Positions 48,001 to 56,351 of a stretch of DNA of 64,000 bases are shown here, in pieces; within the stretch, counting starts at the first letter, position 1; the number at the start of each line of letters is the position of its first letter. Source of the stretch: Candidatus Sumerlaeia bacterium (GTDB lineage: Bacteria > Sumerlaeota > Sumerlaeia > SLMS01 > JANRJK01); assembly GCA_033764015.1 (NCBI GenBank), contig JANRJK010000053.1, positions 44,491 through 108,490 on the forward strand, read 5' to 3'. The notes beneath the pieces were generated by a model. That model did not search any database, was not told the DNA's origin, and saw nothing but the letters and a program-made list of their open reading frames with translations. A program made the position numbers and the translations under genes.

Positions 48001-48449
48001 CAGGGACGCGTGTCCTTGTACTGGATGACGAACCTGCGGTTGGGGGCGACGCCGGTGAGTTCGGAGCGGACGGTGCCCGAGGTGTTGCACTGGAGGTCGT
48101 TGCCCATGGGGGCGATGATGTTCTGCGTGCCGGCCGCGGAGCTGCTGATCGGCGTGTACGTGTTGGTCGCGGGTGCGGTCCCGAAGTTCACGAAGCCGTT
48201 CGAGTTGATGTTCAGCGCCGTGTAGTTGGCGCCGTCGTAGTTGAACGTGAAACCAATGGCGACGGCCGTGTAGTTGTTGTCGTCGACGCCGGTGCCGGTG
48301 CCGTGCAGCGTGCCGCCGGTGATTTCCGTGTAGGTGGCGCCGGTGTCCTCGCTGAACGTGTAGTAGGTCGGAATCGCGGCGCCCGCGGTGGACGCCCCGA
48401 TAATCAATAGGGCGGCTGCCAAGGCGCTCCCTAAACGTGTACTGCTCAT
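45030..48449 (-). CDS. Large secreted/surface protein with three Fn3-like plus beta-sandwich (cleaved-adhesin-like) repeat units
   Basis: Signal peptide; N-terminal IGFTFNYDG...INSNG...IAPMGNDL domain; three units of GTDG..TxPTN...YYWQ followed by a sandwich ending (Y/F)(V/I)D(D/N)F; ends SSVEDWTLMGN. Confidence 0.85.
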   Translation of the reverse strand: MSSTRLGSALAAALLIIGASTAGAAIPTYYTFSEDTGATYTEITGGTLHGTGTGVDDNNYTAVAIGFTFNYDGANYTALNINSNGFVNFGTAPATNTYTPISSSAAGTQNIIAPMGNDLQCNTSGTVRSELTGVAPNRRFVIQYKDTRPWNTTGSANFQIILEETSNNIYFHYGPTTYSGAADTTEVGIKGATNADYLNRTGAAWTASSAGATNSATLPYTTAVLPDANRRFIWTYAVPSGPPNAAAAPSPANAATSVAITTNLGWAPGTGGFPTGYRLSFGTDGGGVTTPTNIVNNSDLGLVTTYDPASNLAYSTTYYWQITPYNLDGQPASPPIWSFTTAADPAISTFPYTYDFSAYTSSFQGTPPTGWFEADGQIGAPTTFLTAPTTADAAGWQADDFLNVTSPLNRSARINLFGTALNGEWIISPVFDLNAAVDYRMRFRAGLTPFSGSTATTIGTGATVNVVMSTDGGLTWSSANILDTFDNTTPVSNLGQTEIYNLAPGSDRVQFAFYARKASGTGDVNFYVDDFTVELLPTDPFPATTPSPANAATNVLRTANLTWAADPLGAAPTGYRLYFGTDGAGVTPPTNIANNSDLGLVTTYDPPGNMAYSTTYYWQIVPYDADGSATGAPIWSFTTEASPVIDTFPHTQNFASYLPAFWLEGQGNLGTPTTFSPALAAADNSSWGADGMGNVGSTGAARINLFGTTANEWLVTPQIDLGTTNDYRAKFDLSLTVFNGTGSATLGADDIFAVVISTDGGTTWNAANTLRQFTSADTIANGAGQLVTVDLSAYTGLVRLGFYAFSNALNADNDLFIDNFIIEEIPPVAPGAPVLSAPANNRTRTSLQPTFTWNAGSGGAVTNYYISLGTDGAGATTPTNVLSLADQGTATSYAHMTNLAVDTVYYWQVRATNGVGSADSPIRMFITKVGEPGPYPFEEGFDAMVEVPPVDWLLAEGALTGSVSFTRGPNSSTTITSWDQGGMNGGGVTFAGTDAMRHFSFPFNPGVQARREWLISQIIAVPASRSADTRIEFDLASGNDFGAGPGTINSTGSFSVLYSPDGSTWSSANILRTWTSADSIPGTPTTIKIPFPVSGNVRVAFYADSGVSDGDGDGITYYIDNFNVLDTPSSVEDWTLMGN

Positions 48450-48701
48450 GATCGCTCCAAGATGTGACCCGCCGAGGGGGGCGGGGGATACCGTCCGTCG
48501 GGGCCGTGGAACCTCGGGTCGCGAGAGACAGGAAGCCCAACTATCCCGGTCTTGTCCAACTTCCGACAAGGGAAAAGTCGAGCGCAAGGCGCGAAAAGTC
48601 TTTTATTGGGCATAACCGGGCTTGGCCATTGCCAGCGGCGCGGCGCGGCCATAGGCTTGGCCCTGTTTGTCCAGAAACCGCGCATTGGAGCCCCCCCTCT
48701 C

Positions 48702-49793
48702 ATGACTCACCGCCACCCCCCCGCCGCGGCCGCGCTGGCCGCCTTGCTGTTGGCGGGCGCCGCCCCGGCCCAAACCACGTACACCTTCACCGACATCCAC
48801 CCGGCGGGGCAGGACAATTCGCTGTGCGCCGGCATCTCGCCGGACGGATCGCGGCAGGTTGGCGATGCGTCGACGGGTGTGTTCTTCACGAACTTCGTCG
48901 GCGTGGGTGGCCGCTGGGCCGGGAACGCCGCCTCCTTCGCCGCGATGACGGCGACGGGCTACGACCAGACTCTGGGCATCTACCTGAACGACACGGACGG
49001 GACGCGGCATGTGGGCTGGGCGTTCCCGCAGGGGACTTTCTTCACCGACGCGATGTTATGGAACACGACGAACACGAACGGAGTCAGCATCCATCCGACG
49101 ACGGGAGGCTTTTCCGATTCGGAGGCGACCGGTGTTTCGGGTTCGCTGGCGTGCGGCTACGCGATCGACGGCGGTGGCGCGAAGGCGGGTGTTTGGAGCG
49201 GATCGGGCTTTTCGACGTTCACGGTGATCCACCCGGCGGGGGCGCTGACCTCTTCCGCGCTGGATATCCGCGGCACGCATGTGGTGGGAGTGGCGCAGTT
49301 CCCCGGCCCGATTTCGCAGGCGGCGTACTGGCCGCTGGCGACGGAGGCGAGTTTCGTGAACCTGGCGCCGCCCTCCGGCTATGGGGCGTCGCGGGCCACC
49401 GCCACCGACGGCATCAAGCAATCGGGCTTCGCCATCAGCAACGACTCGGGCCTGAACCACGCCATGATCTGGTCGGGCACCGCCTCGTCCTTCGTCGATG
49501 TGCATCCGCCGGCGTTCGACTCGAGCCGCATCCAAGGCGCCGCGCCGGGCATCCAAGTGGGCTTCGGCGAGGTGGGCGGGGCGCGGCAGGCGCTGCTCTG
49601 GCGCGGGAGCCTGGGCACGCTGGTGAACCTGCACGAGGTGCTCGGCGCGGGCTATGTGGAGTCGGAGGCGTTCGACGTGTCGGACAGCGGCGTGGTGGTG
49701 GGCTACGCGATCACGACGGGGGGCGCCAGCCACGCGATCCTGTGGACGCCGCAGGGGGCGTCGAGCGCGGCGGGGTGGCAGCTTTACGAGTAG
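48702..49793 (+). CDS. Secreted HAF-repeat-like beta-propeller protein
   Basis: Signal peptide APA-Q; repeats of IHP.G...S.A......Q.G......HA.LW; ends SSAAGWQLYE. Confidence 0.82.
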   Translation: MTHRHPPAAAALAALLLAGAAPAQTTYTFTDIHPAGQDNSLCAGISPDGSRQVGDASTGVFFTNFVGVGGRWAGNAASFAAMTATGYDQTLGIYLNDTDGTRHVGWAFPQGTFFTDAMLWNTTNTNGVSIHPTTGGFSDSEATGVSGSLACGYAIDGGGAKAGVWSGSGFSTFTVIHPAGALTSSALDIRGTHVVGVAQFPGPISQAAYWPLATEASFVNLAPPSGYGASRATATDGIKQSGFAISNDSGLNHAMIWSGTASSFVDVHPPAFDSSRIQGAAPGIQVGFGEVGGARQALLWRGSLGTLVNLHEVLGAGYVESEAFDVSDSGVVVGYAITTGGASHAILWTPQGASSAAGWQLYE

Positions 49794-49841
49794 ACGGAAA
49801 GCGGCCGGGCCCCGCCGCGCGCGCGGCGGGGCCGGCGGGCG

Positions 49842-50960
49842 CTATTGGGCGAGCACTTCCTCGACGGCGTGGAGCGGGAGGGCGAAGTCCTCCGCGACGG
49901 CGGGATAGACGACCTTGCCGAAGGCCATGTTGAGGCCGTTGCGCAGGTGCAGGTCGTTCCTGCAGCAGCCGGGGAATCCGGAGCCGACGATCTTGAGCAG
50001 GTAGGGGAGCGTCGCGTTGGTGAGCGCGAAGGTGGAGCTGCGGGCTACCGCGCCGGGCATGTTGGTGACGCAGTAGTGGATGATGCCCTCCTCCTCGTAG
50101 ATCGGGTGGCTGTGGGTGGTGGGGCGCGAGGTTTCGAAGCAGCCGCCCTGGTCGATGGCGACGTCGACGAGGACGGCGCCGCGGGGGAGGAGGCGGAGGT
50201 AGTCGCGCTTCATGAGGCGCGGGGCGCGGGCGCCGGTGCGGAGGACCGCGCCGATCACCACGTCGACCATGGGGAGCTGGTCCTGGATGTTGAACTCGTT
50301 CGAGTAGAGCGTCATGCAGTTGGCCGGCATGATGTCGTCGAGGTAGCGGAGCCGGTCGAGGTTGACGTCGAGGATGGTGACCTGGGCGCCCATGCCGGCG
50401 GCGATCTTGGCGGCGTTGGTGCCGACGATGCCTCCGCCGAGGATCATGACGCGGGCGGGCTTCACGCCGGGGACGCCGCCGAGGAGGGTGCCGCGTCCGC
50501 CGTTGATCTTCTCGAGGTACTTGGCGCCCTGCTGGACGGAGAGGCGTCCGGCGATTTCGCTCATGGGCGTGAGGAGCGGCAGCGTGCCGTGGACGTCGGT
50601 GACGGTCTCGTAGGCGATGCAGACGGCGCCGGTGGAGAGCATGGCCTCGGTGAGTTCGCGGCTCGATGCGAAGTGGAAGTAGGTGAAGAGGACCTGGCCG
50701 CGGCGGATCATGGGCCATTCGCTTTCGAGCGGCTCCTTGACCTTCACGATGAGGTCGGCGCGCTCCCAGACTTCGCGGGCGCGGGGGGCGATGGCGGCGC
50801 CGACGCGCTCGTAGGCGCTGTCGTCGATGCCGATGCCGTCGCCGGCGCCGCTCTGGACGAGGACCTTGTGCCCGCGGGCGACGAGTTCCTGGACGCCGGC
50901 GGGGACCACGGCGACGCGGAACTCCTGGTCTTTGATTTCCTTGGGGACGCCGATGAGCAT
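49842..50960 (-). CDS. ald: Alanine dehydrogenase
   Basis: IGVPKEIK..E.RVA, VKVKEP, FTYFH, PMSEIAGR, GGGIVG, DVAIDQGGC, YCVTNMPG. Confidence 0.98.
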   Translation of the reverse strand: MLIGVPKEIKDQEFRVAVVPAGVQELVARGHKVLVQSGAGDGIGIDDSAYERVGAAIAPRAREVWERADLIVKVKEPLESEWPMIRRGQVLFTYFHFASSRELTEAMLSTGAVCIAYETVTDVHGTLPLLTPMSEIAGRLSVQQGAKYLEKINGGRGTLLGGVPGVKPARVMILGGGIVGTNAAKIAAGMGAQVTILDVNLDRLRYLDDIMPANCMTLYSNEFNIQDQLPMVDVVIGAVLRTGARAPRLMKRDYLRLLPRGAVLVDVAIDQGGCFETSRPTTHSHPIYEEEGIIHYCVTNMPGAVARSSTFALTNATLPYLLKIVGSGFPGCCRNDLHLRNGLNMAFGKVVYPAVAEDFALPLHAVEEVLAQ

Positions 50961-51057
50961 GGTGGCCGGTGGACCTTTGGGCGGAAGTTGGTCAAACGCT
51001 TCAGCATCGGGTTCTCGCGCTGTGGGTCGGGGCGGGTCAAGGGGCCGCGGGGCGGCG

Positions 51058-51762
51058 TCACTCCTTGGGGGGCTGGTCCGGGGGAACGACGCCGCCCCTT
51101 GGCCAGTTGCGGCGGCGCTCCTTGGGGGAGCGGCGCTCCTTGCCGAAGCGGCGGTTCTTGTAGATCAGCTCGACGCTGCTGCGGCGGTCGGGCTGTTGGC
51201 GGCGCTCCTTTCCGGAGCGGCGCTCGACCGCGGGCCACTCGCCGTTCGGGTCGCGGGGCTTGGAGGGGTCGAAGGCGGGTGTGCGCTCGTCGAAGGTGCC
51301 GGGCTTGGGGGGGATGCCCGGCTTGAGCGGGATGTTGACGCGGCCCGCCGGCGTGGCGGGGGCCAACTCGGCGCGGGTGGCGCTGGGGGGCGCTTCCGCG
51401 GGGGCGGCGGCGGGCGCGGGGGCGGGCTTCGCGGCGGCGGCGCGGGGGACCGGGGGCGGCGTGCCGGGGTCCGCGGCGGGGGCGCGGGTGGAGGCGCCGA
51501 GGAGCGCCATGAGGCGCGCGGCGCCGCGCTGGCGGATGATCTCGGCGAGGCGCTGGTAGCGCTCCTCGTTGCCCGGGGGGAGCGGTTCGCCGATCTTGGC
51601 GAAGAGCTTCGAGAAGCCGCCGCGGTCCACCAGCTCCGCGGCGAGGGCCTCGGCGAGGTCGGGGCCGAACTCGGAGAAGTAGAGGCGGATGGAGTGTCGG
51701 AGGTGGACGTGGTCCACGAAGGGGCTCCTTTCGCGCTTGAGCGCCGGGGTCGGACCATCCAC
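51058..51762 (-). CDS. Hypothetical protein with C-terminal ERR/DRR arginine repeats
   Basis: Pro/Ala linker then VERRSGKERRQQPDRR...NRRFGKERRSPKERRR; start uncertain (GTG 51717 also possible). Confidence 0.7.
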   Translation of the reverse strand: MDGPTPALKRERSPFVDHVHLRHSIRLYFSEFGPDLAEALAAELVDRGGFSKLFAKIGEPLPPGNEERYQRLAEIIRQRGAARLMALLGASTRAPAADPGTPPPVPRAAAAKPAPAPAAAPAEAPPSATRAELAPATPAGRVNIPLKPGIPPKPGTFDERTPAFDPSKPRDPNGEWPAVERRSGKERRQQPDRRSSVELIYKNRRFGKERRSPKERRRNWPRGGVVPPDQPPKE

Positions 51763-51886
51763 AGTGGCACATGGGATGGCCCGCGGGCAAAGTCAACCCG
51801 CGGTGAAAAAAGTAGTTGATTCGCTGGCGGGTCCGTCGCCCGCATGAAGCCATTCACAATCCGGACGGCCAAGGAGGAACGGGGCG

Positions 51887-52507
51887 ATTTCGGGAATCCC
51901 TTCCAACACACTGGCGAGGATCCGCCGCGAGCTGCGGAGCCGGGTCGAGCCTAGGCGGTTCGTGCACATCATGGGCGTCGAATTGATGGCGCTGGCGCTG
52001 GGCGAGCGCGCCGGGCTGGCGCGGGACCGCGTGTGCGCGGCGGCGCTGCTCCACGACTTCTGCAAGGATGTGGACGAGGAGGACCTGATCGAGGCGCTGC
52101 GCGAGGCGCGGGTGTTCCGGCCGAGCGCGGAGGACTGGAAGTACCCGAGCATGTGGCACGCGCTGGCGGCGGCGGAATGCGCGCCGGGGCGCTTCGGGGT
52201 CGAGGACCGCGAGGTGCTGGAGGCGGTCGCCTGGCACACGACGGGGAACGCGCCGGTGGGGAAGGTGGCGCTGGCGCTGTACGTGGCGGACTACATCGAG
52301 CCGACGCGGAGCTTCCCGGGCGTGGAGGAGCTGCGGCGCGAGCTGCTGTCGATGCCGCTGGAGGACGCTGCGCGCACGGCGGCGACGCACAAGATCGAAC
52401 AGATTTCCCGCAAGGGGAAGGCACTGCACTCGCGGACCCGCCGCATGGCCGATTGGCTGGGCGGGCGGGCCGCGGATCCCAACCAAGGAGCGGATCCCGC
52501 ATCGTGA
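51887..52507 (+). CDS. yqeK: YqeK HD-domain bis(5'-nucleosyl)-tetraphosphatase (probable ATT start)
   Basis: RRFVHIMGV, ALLHDFCK, WHA, WHTTG, YVADYIEPTRSFPG; AAGGAGG 9 nt before in-frame ATT 51887; upstream of rsfS. Confidence 0.88.
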   Translation: MSGIPSNTLARIRRELRSRVEPRRFVHIMGVELMALALGERAGLARDRVCAAALLHDFCKDVDEEDLIEALREARVFRPSAEDWKYPSMWHALAAAECAPGRFGVEDREVLEAVAWHTTGNAPVGKVALALYVADYIEPTRSFPGVEELRRELLSMPLEDAARTAATHKIEQISRKGKALHSRTRRMADWLGGRAADPNQGADPAS

Positions 52508-52926
52508 TCCCCCACAACACACCCGCCGTCGCTCCCGGTCGCGCCGCCACCCACACCCCCCGCCAGCAGCGGGCGCAGGACGCCCGGGCGAGGGCGCTCC
52601 GCTGCGCCCACTTCGCGGACGAGAAGAAGGCCGAGCAGGTCGTCGTGCTCGACGTCGGCGAGGTCTGCAGCTTCACCGACGCGTTCGTCATCTGCACGGG
52701 CTCCTCGCCGCTGCAGGTGCGCGCGATCAGCGACTCGATCTCCGAGGGGCTGAAGGAGGAGGGCCACCGCACGCCGCTGGTGGACGGCATGGACTCGCTG
52801 AACTGGGTGGTGCTGGACTACGGCGACGTGGTGGTGCATGTGATGTCGCTGGAGGCCCGCGAGTTCTACAACCTGGAGGGTCTCTGGGGCGACGCGCCGG
52901 AGATTCCCTGGATGGCCGGGCACTAG
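52504..52926 (+). CDS. rsfS: Ribosome silencing factor
   Basis: DEKKAEQVVVLDV, FVICTGSS..QVRAI, WVVLDYGDVVVHVM...REFYNLEGLW; GTGA overlap with yqeK. Confidence 0.95.
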   Translation: MIPHNTPAVAPGRAATHTPRQQRAQDARARALRCAHFADEKKAEQVVVLDVGEVCSFTDAFVICTGSSPLQVRAISDSISEGLKEEGHRTPLVDGMDSLNWVVLDYGDVVVHVMSLEAREFYNLEGLWGDAPEIPWMAGH

Positions 52927-52954
52927 GGAAGTGCCGTTGCGCGCGGCGGGGGCG

Positions 52955-53254
52955 CTAGGCGCCCTCGCGTCCGCGCGGAGGGGCTTCCTTGCCGCGGCGC
53001 CGGCGCGCCGCCGGGCGGGCCAGCCAGCCGCCCGCGCGGTCGAACAGCGCGTCGTACACGGAGGCCGCGGCGAAGCAGAGCCAGACGAAGAGCAGCGGCG
53101 GGCCGATGCCGACCGCCGGCAGGGACCGCGCGCCGATGGAGGCCCGGTCCGCCAGCCAGTAGACGAGCAGCAGGAAGAGCCCCGCCGCGGCGTTGAGCAC
53201 GGCGTAGCCGATCAGCGAGATCCTCGGCGGGCGCGACGGGTCGGGCGTGGCCAT
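52955..53254 (-). CDS. Small two-TM membrane protein
   Basis: Two hydrophobic helices and a basic tail. Confidence 0.6.
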   Translation of the reverse strand: MATPDPSRPPRISLIGYAVLNAAAGLFLLLVYWLADRASIGARSLPAVGIGPPLLFVWLCFAAASVYDALFDRAGGWLARPAARRRRGKEAPPRGREGA

Positions 53255-53391
53255 GCGGGCGATTGCCGCAGAGCGCCGCGCCGCGCGCAACCGCGTTTCC
53301 GGGGCGGCTGGCGCCTTGACCTTTCCCCCGGGGGCGGGTCCTCTTCGGCGAAGGCGACCCACCGCCAAGACCGCAGGAGCCGCAGGAAGCG

Positions 53392-54120
53392 TTGAGCGAC
53401 GCCACCGAACCCATCGACCTTTCCGTGGTGATTCCCGCGTACAACGAGGAGTCCCGGCTGCCGGCGACGATCCGCGCCGTCGAGAAGTACCTCGCGGACC
53501 GGGGCGGCGCGTGGGAGCTGATCGTCGTGGACGACGGGTCGCGCGACGGGACCGTCGCGGCGGCGGAGGGCGCGTTCTCGTCGCCGGGCTCGCGCGTGCT
53601 GCGGAACCCGGCGAACATGGGCAAGGGCGCGAGCGTGAAGAACGGCATGCTGGCGGCCCGGGGGCGGCTGCGGCTCTTCAGCGACGCCGACCTGTCGACG
53701 CCGATCGAGGAGTTCGAGAAGTTGGCGAAGGCGCTCGAGGGCGGCGCGCAGGTGGCGATCGGATCGCGGGCGATGGCGGAGAGCCGGCTCGAGAAGCGCC
53801 AGCCGATCCACCGCGAGACGATGGGGCGCGTGTTCAACCTGATCGTCCGGGCGGTCGCGCTGGGGGGGATCAAGGACACGCAGTGCGGGTTCAAGCTGTT
53901 CACGGCCGAAGCGGCGCGCGCGGTCTTCCCGCGGCAGCGCCTGAACGGGTTCTCGTTCGACGTCGAGACGCTGGTGCTGGCGCGCAAGCTCGGCTTCCGG
54001 ATCGCGGAGGTGCCGGTGCGCTGGATCGATTCGCCGAATTCGCGCGTGAGCCCCGTGCGCGACAGCTTGAGGATGTTCGCGGACGTGGTCCGGATCCGCT
54101 TCCGGAGGGAGGACGACTGA
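53392..54120 (+). CDS. GT2 polyprenol/dolichyl-phosphate glucosyltransferase-like enzyme
   Basis: SVVIPAYNEE, VDDGSRD, GKG, FSDADLSTP, DTQCGFKLF, FDVE; TTG start after AGGA. Confidence 0.92.
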   Translation: MSDATEPIDLSVVIPAYNEESRLPATIRAVEKYLADRGGAWELIVVDDGSRDGTVAAAEGAFSSPGSRVLRNPANMGKGASVKNGMLAARGRLRLFSDADLSTPIEEFEKLAKALEGGAQVAIGSRAMAESRLEKRQPIHRETMGRVFNLIVRAVALGGIKDTQCGFKLFTAEAARAVFPRQRLNGFSFDVETLVLARKLGFRIAEVPVRWIDSPNSRVSPVRDSLRMFADVVRIRFRREDD

Positions 54121-55010
54121 TGCGCAGCATGACTGGCTACGGGCGCGGCGCGGCCGCCAACGCGCAGGGGCGCGTGGTGATCGAGCTGCGCTCGCTGAAC
54201 CACCGGTTCCTGGAACTCTCGATCCACCTGCCCGGGGCGCTGGGCGTGGCGGAGGGCCCGCTGCGGCGCCGCCTGAACGAGGCGGTGGGCCGGGGGAAGG
54301 TGACGCTATCGGCGCGCTTCGACCCCGCGGACGACGCGGGCCACTGCGGCTACACGGTGAACCGCGGGCTGCTGCAACTGCTGTTCCGCGAGGTGGCGCT
54401 GCACCGGGGCCCGGTCACGGACGAGCGGCACCGGATGATGCCGGAGATCCTGCTGCTGGCGAACGGCGTGGTGCAGCCGTCGGTGAACGCGGAAGGGGAG
54501 GGCCGGCTGACGGAGCTGTGCCTGGCGGCTCTGGAGGAGGCGGTCGAGACGCTGACGGCGGACCGCTCGCGCGAGGGGGGCGCGCACGCCCGGGCGCTGG
54601 CGCGGAACGGGGCGGCGCTGCGGGCGGGACTGGCCGGCATCGACGCCGCGCGCCCGCTGGTGGCGGCGGCGTGGCGCGACAAGCTGAAGGCGCGCATCGC
54701 CGAGCTGCTTCCGCCGGGCGCGCCGCCGCTGGACGCGGGGCGCCTCGAGACGGAGCTGGCGCTGTTCGCGGACCGGGCCGACATCTCGGAGGAGTGCGTG
54801 CGGCTCGCCGCGCACCTGGACGCGCTGGACGCGATGCTGGCGGATCCGAAGGGGCCGCACGGCAGGAGGCTGGACTTCCTCTCGCAGGAGATCGGACGGG
54901 AAATCAACACGATCGGCAGCAAGTCGCGCGACCTCGGCATTGCGCAGGCGGTGCTCGCGATGAAGAACGAACTCGAATCGCTGCGGGAGCTCGCGGCGAA
55001 CATCGAATAA
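54120..55010 (+). CDS. yicC: YicC/YloC family endoribonuclease
   Basis: MRSMTGYG, RSLNHRF, DISEE..RL, GRRLDFL.QE..REINTIGSK, NIE ending. Confidence 0.95.
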   Translation: MRSMTGYGRGAAANAQGRVVIELRSLNHRFLELSIHLPGALGVAEGPLRRRLNEAVGRGKVTLSARFDPADDAGHCGYTVNRGLLQLLFREVALHRGPVTDERHRMMPEILLLANGVVQPSVNAEGEGRLTELCLAALEEAVETLTADRSREGGAHARALARNGAALRAGLAGIDAARPLVAAAWRDKLKARIAELLPPGAPPLDAGRLETELALFADRADISEECVRLAAHLDALDAMLADPKGPHGRRLDFLSQEIGREINTIGSKSRDLGIAQAVLAMKNELESLRELAANIE

Positions 55011-55030
55011 CCCAACCCAGGAAAGCCGCA

Positions 55031-55696
55031 ATGACCCTCCGCCCGCTCGCCGCCGCCGCCATGCTGGGGCTGCTCGCCGCCACCGCCGCCACGACCGGCT
55101 GCTCTTCGACGTACTACCGCGCCATGGAATCCTTCGGCGTGCAGAAGCGCGACCTGCTGGTGGACCGGGTGGAGTCGGCGCGCGACGCGCAGGAGGCGGC
55201 GAAGGAGCAGTTCCAGACGGCGCTCGAGCGCTTCAAGGCCACGGTGGCGTTCGACGGGGGCTCGCTGGAGCAGGCGTACAACTCGCTGCAGCGCGAGTAC
55301 GACCGGAGCAAGGACCGCGCGGACGCGGTGAAGAGCCGCATCGAGAGCATCGAGTCGGTGGCGGAGGCGCTGTTCGAGGAGTGGGACGCGGAGCTGGAGC
55401 AGTACTCGGACCCGTCGCTGCGGCGCTCGTCGGAGCAGCAGCTCAACGCGACGCGCTCGCGCTACGCGGAGCTGCTGACGCGGATGAAGGACGCGGAGCG
55501 CAGCATGCAGCCGGTGCTCCGGAGCCTGGGCGACCGGACGCTGTTCCTGAAGCACAACCTGAACGCGGCGGCGATCGCCTCGCTTCAGGACGAGGCGGTG
55601 AACCTCGAGAAGGACATCGACGGGCTGGTGCGCGACATGGAGCGGGCGATCAACGAAGCGAACGATTTCATCAGCCAGATGCAGACCGGCTCCTGA
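55031..55696 (+). CDS. DUF2959 family lipoprotein
   Basis: TGCSSTYYRAMESFGVQKRDLLVDRV, LFEEW, LFLKHNLNA.AIASL. Confidence 0.9.
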   Translation: MTLRPLAAAAMLGLLAATAATTGCSSTYYRAMESFGVQKRDLLVDRVESARDAQEAAKEQFQTALERFKATVAFDGGSLEQAYNSLQREYDRSKDRADAVKSRIESIESVAEALFEEWDAELEQYSDPSLRRSSEQQLNATRSRYAELLTRMKDAERSMQPVLRSLGDRTLFLKHNLNAAAIASLQDEAVNLEKDIDGLVRDMERAINEANDFISQMQTGS

Positions 55697-55795
55697 CCGC
55701 GGGCCCGGCGGACGCCGGGGACAATGATCTTGACGTTGTGGCTGGCGGAGGGCGCCCACTGGCGGGAAGATCAACCTCCGGCGGCAACCTCCCCC

Positions 55796-56215
55796 ATGGT
55801 CAAAATACTCGAACGTCTCTACCTTTGCAGCCTCGGCGAGGCGAGCGACCCCTATTACTTGGCGCGGAACCAGGTGCAGGCGATCCTGCACTTCGGTTGC
55901 GGGGGCATGTTTCCCGAGGAGATCAAGCTGTACCACCGCCCGGTGCAGGACGAGTCGGCGCTGCCGCCGGCGGACCTGCGGGACGGTGTGGACTTCCTGC
56001 GCGAGAGCCTGCGCCACGGGCGCCGGGTGCTGGCGGTGGGGCGGAGCGGCGCGACGATCACGGCGGCGTACCTGACGGAGATGGGCTTCAGCCCGGCGCA
56101 GGCGCTTTCGATGATCGAATCGGCCGGCGGCCCGACGCCGAACCTGGAGCAAGTGTCCGCGCTTGGCAGCGAACTCGAGCGGCGCTCGTCGATTTCGCTC
56201 GGGCACCGGTCCTGA
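55796..56215 (+). CDS. Dual-specificity phosphatase-like protein lacking the catalytic CX5R motif
   Basis: ILERLYL, PVQD, VDFL...GRRVL, AAYL, AQAL and PN follow the DSP fold; the P-loop reads VLAVGRSG. Confidence 0.7.
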   Translation: MVKILERLYLCSLGEASDPYYLARNQVQAILHFGCGGMFPEEIKLYHRPVQDESALPPADLRDGVDFLRESLRHGRRVLAVGRSGATITAAYLTEMGFSPAQALSMIESAGGPTPNLEQVSALGSELERRSSISLGHRS

Positions 56216-56351
56216 CGCGGGGCGATGTGGAACGCGAGAACCCCGTTGCGCATGGCGCCCCCCCTGCCGTTGCATGGACCGGTTGACATACCCGCGCGGG
56301 GTCATGGCATCCCGCGCGCCTAGGCGCCGCCAAAGGGGAGTTCGCCCGCCC

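Noticed and set aside
48450..48701. Riboswitch upstream of the secreted proteins
   Set aside because: No recognisable conserved riboswitch core; would need an Infernal search.
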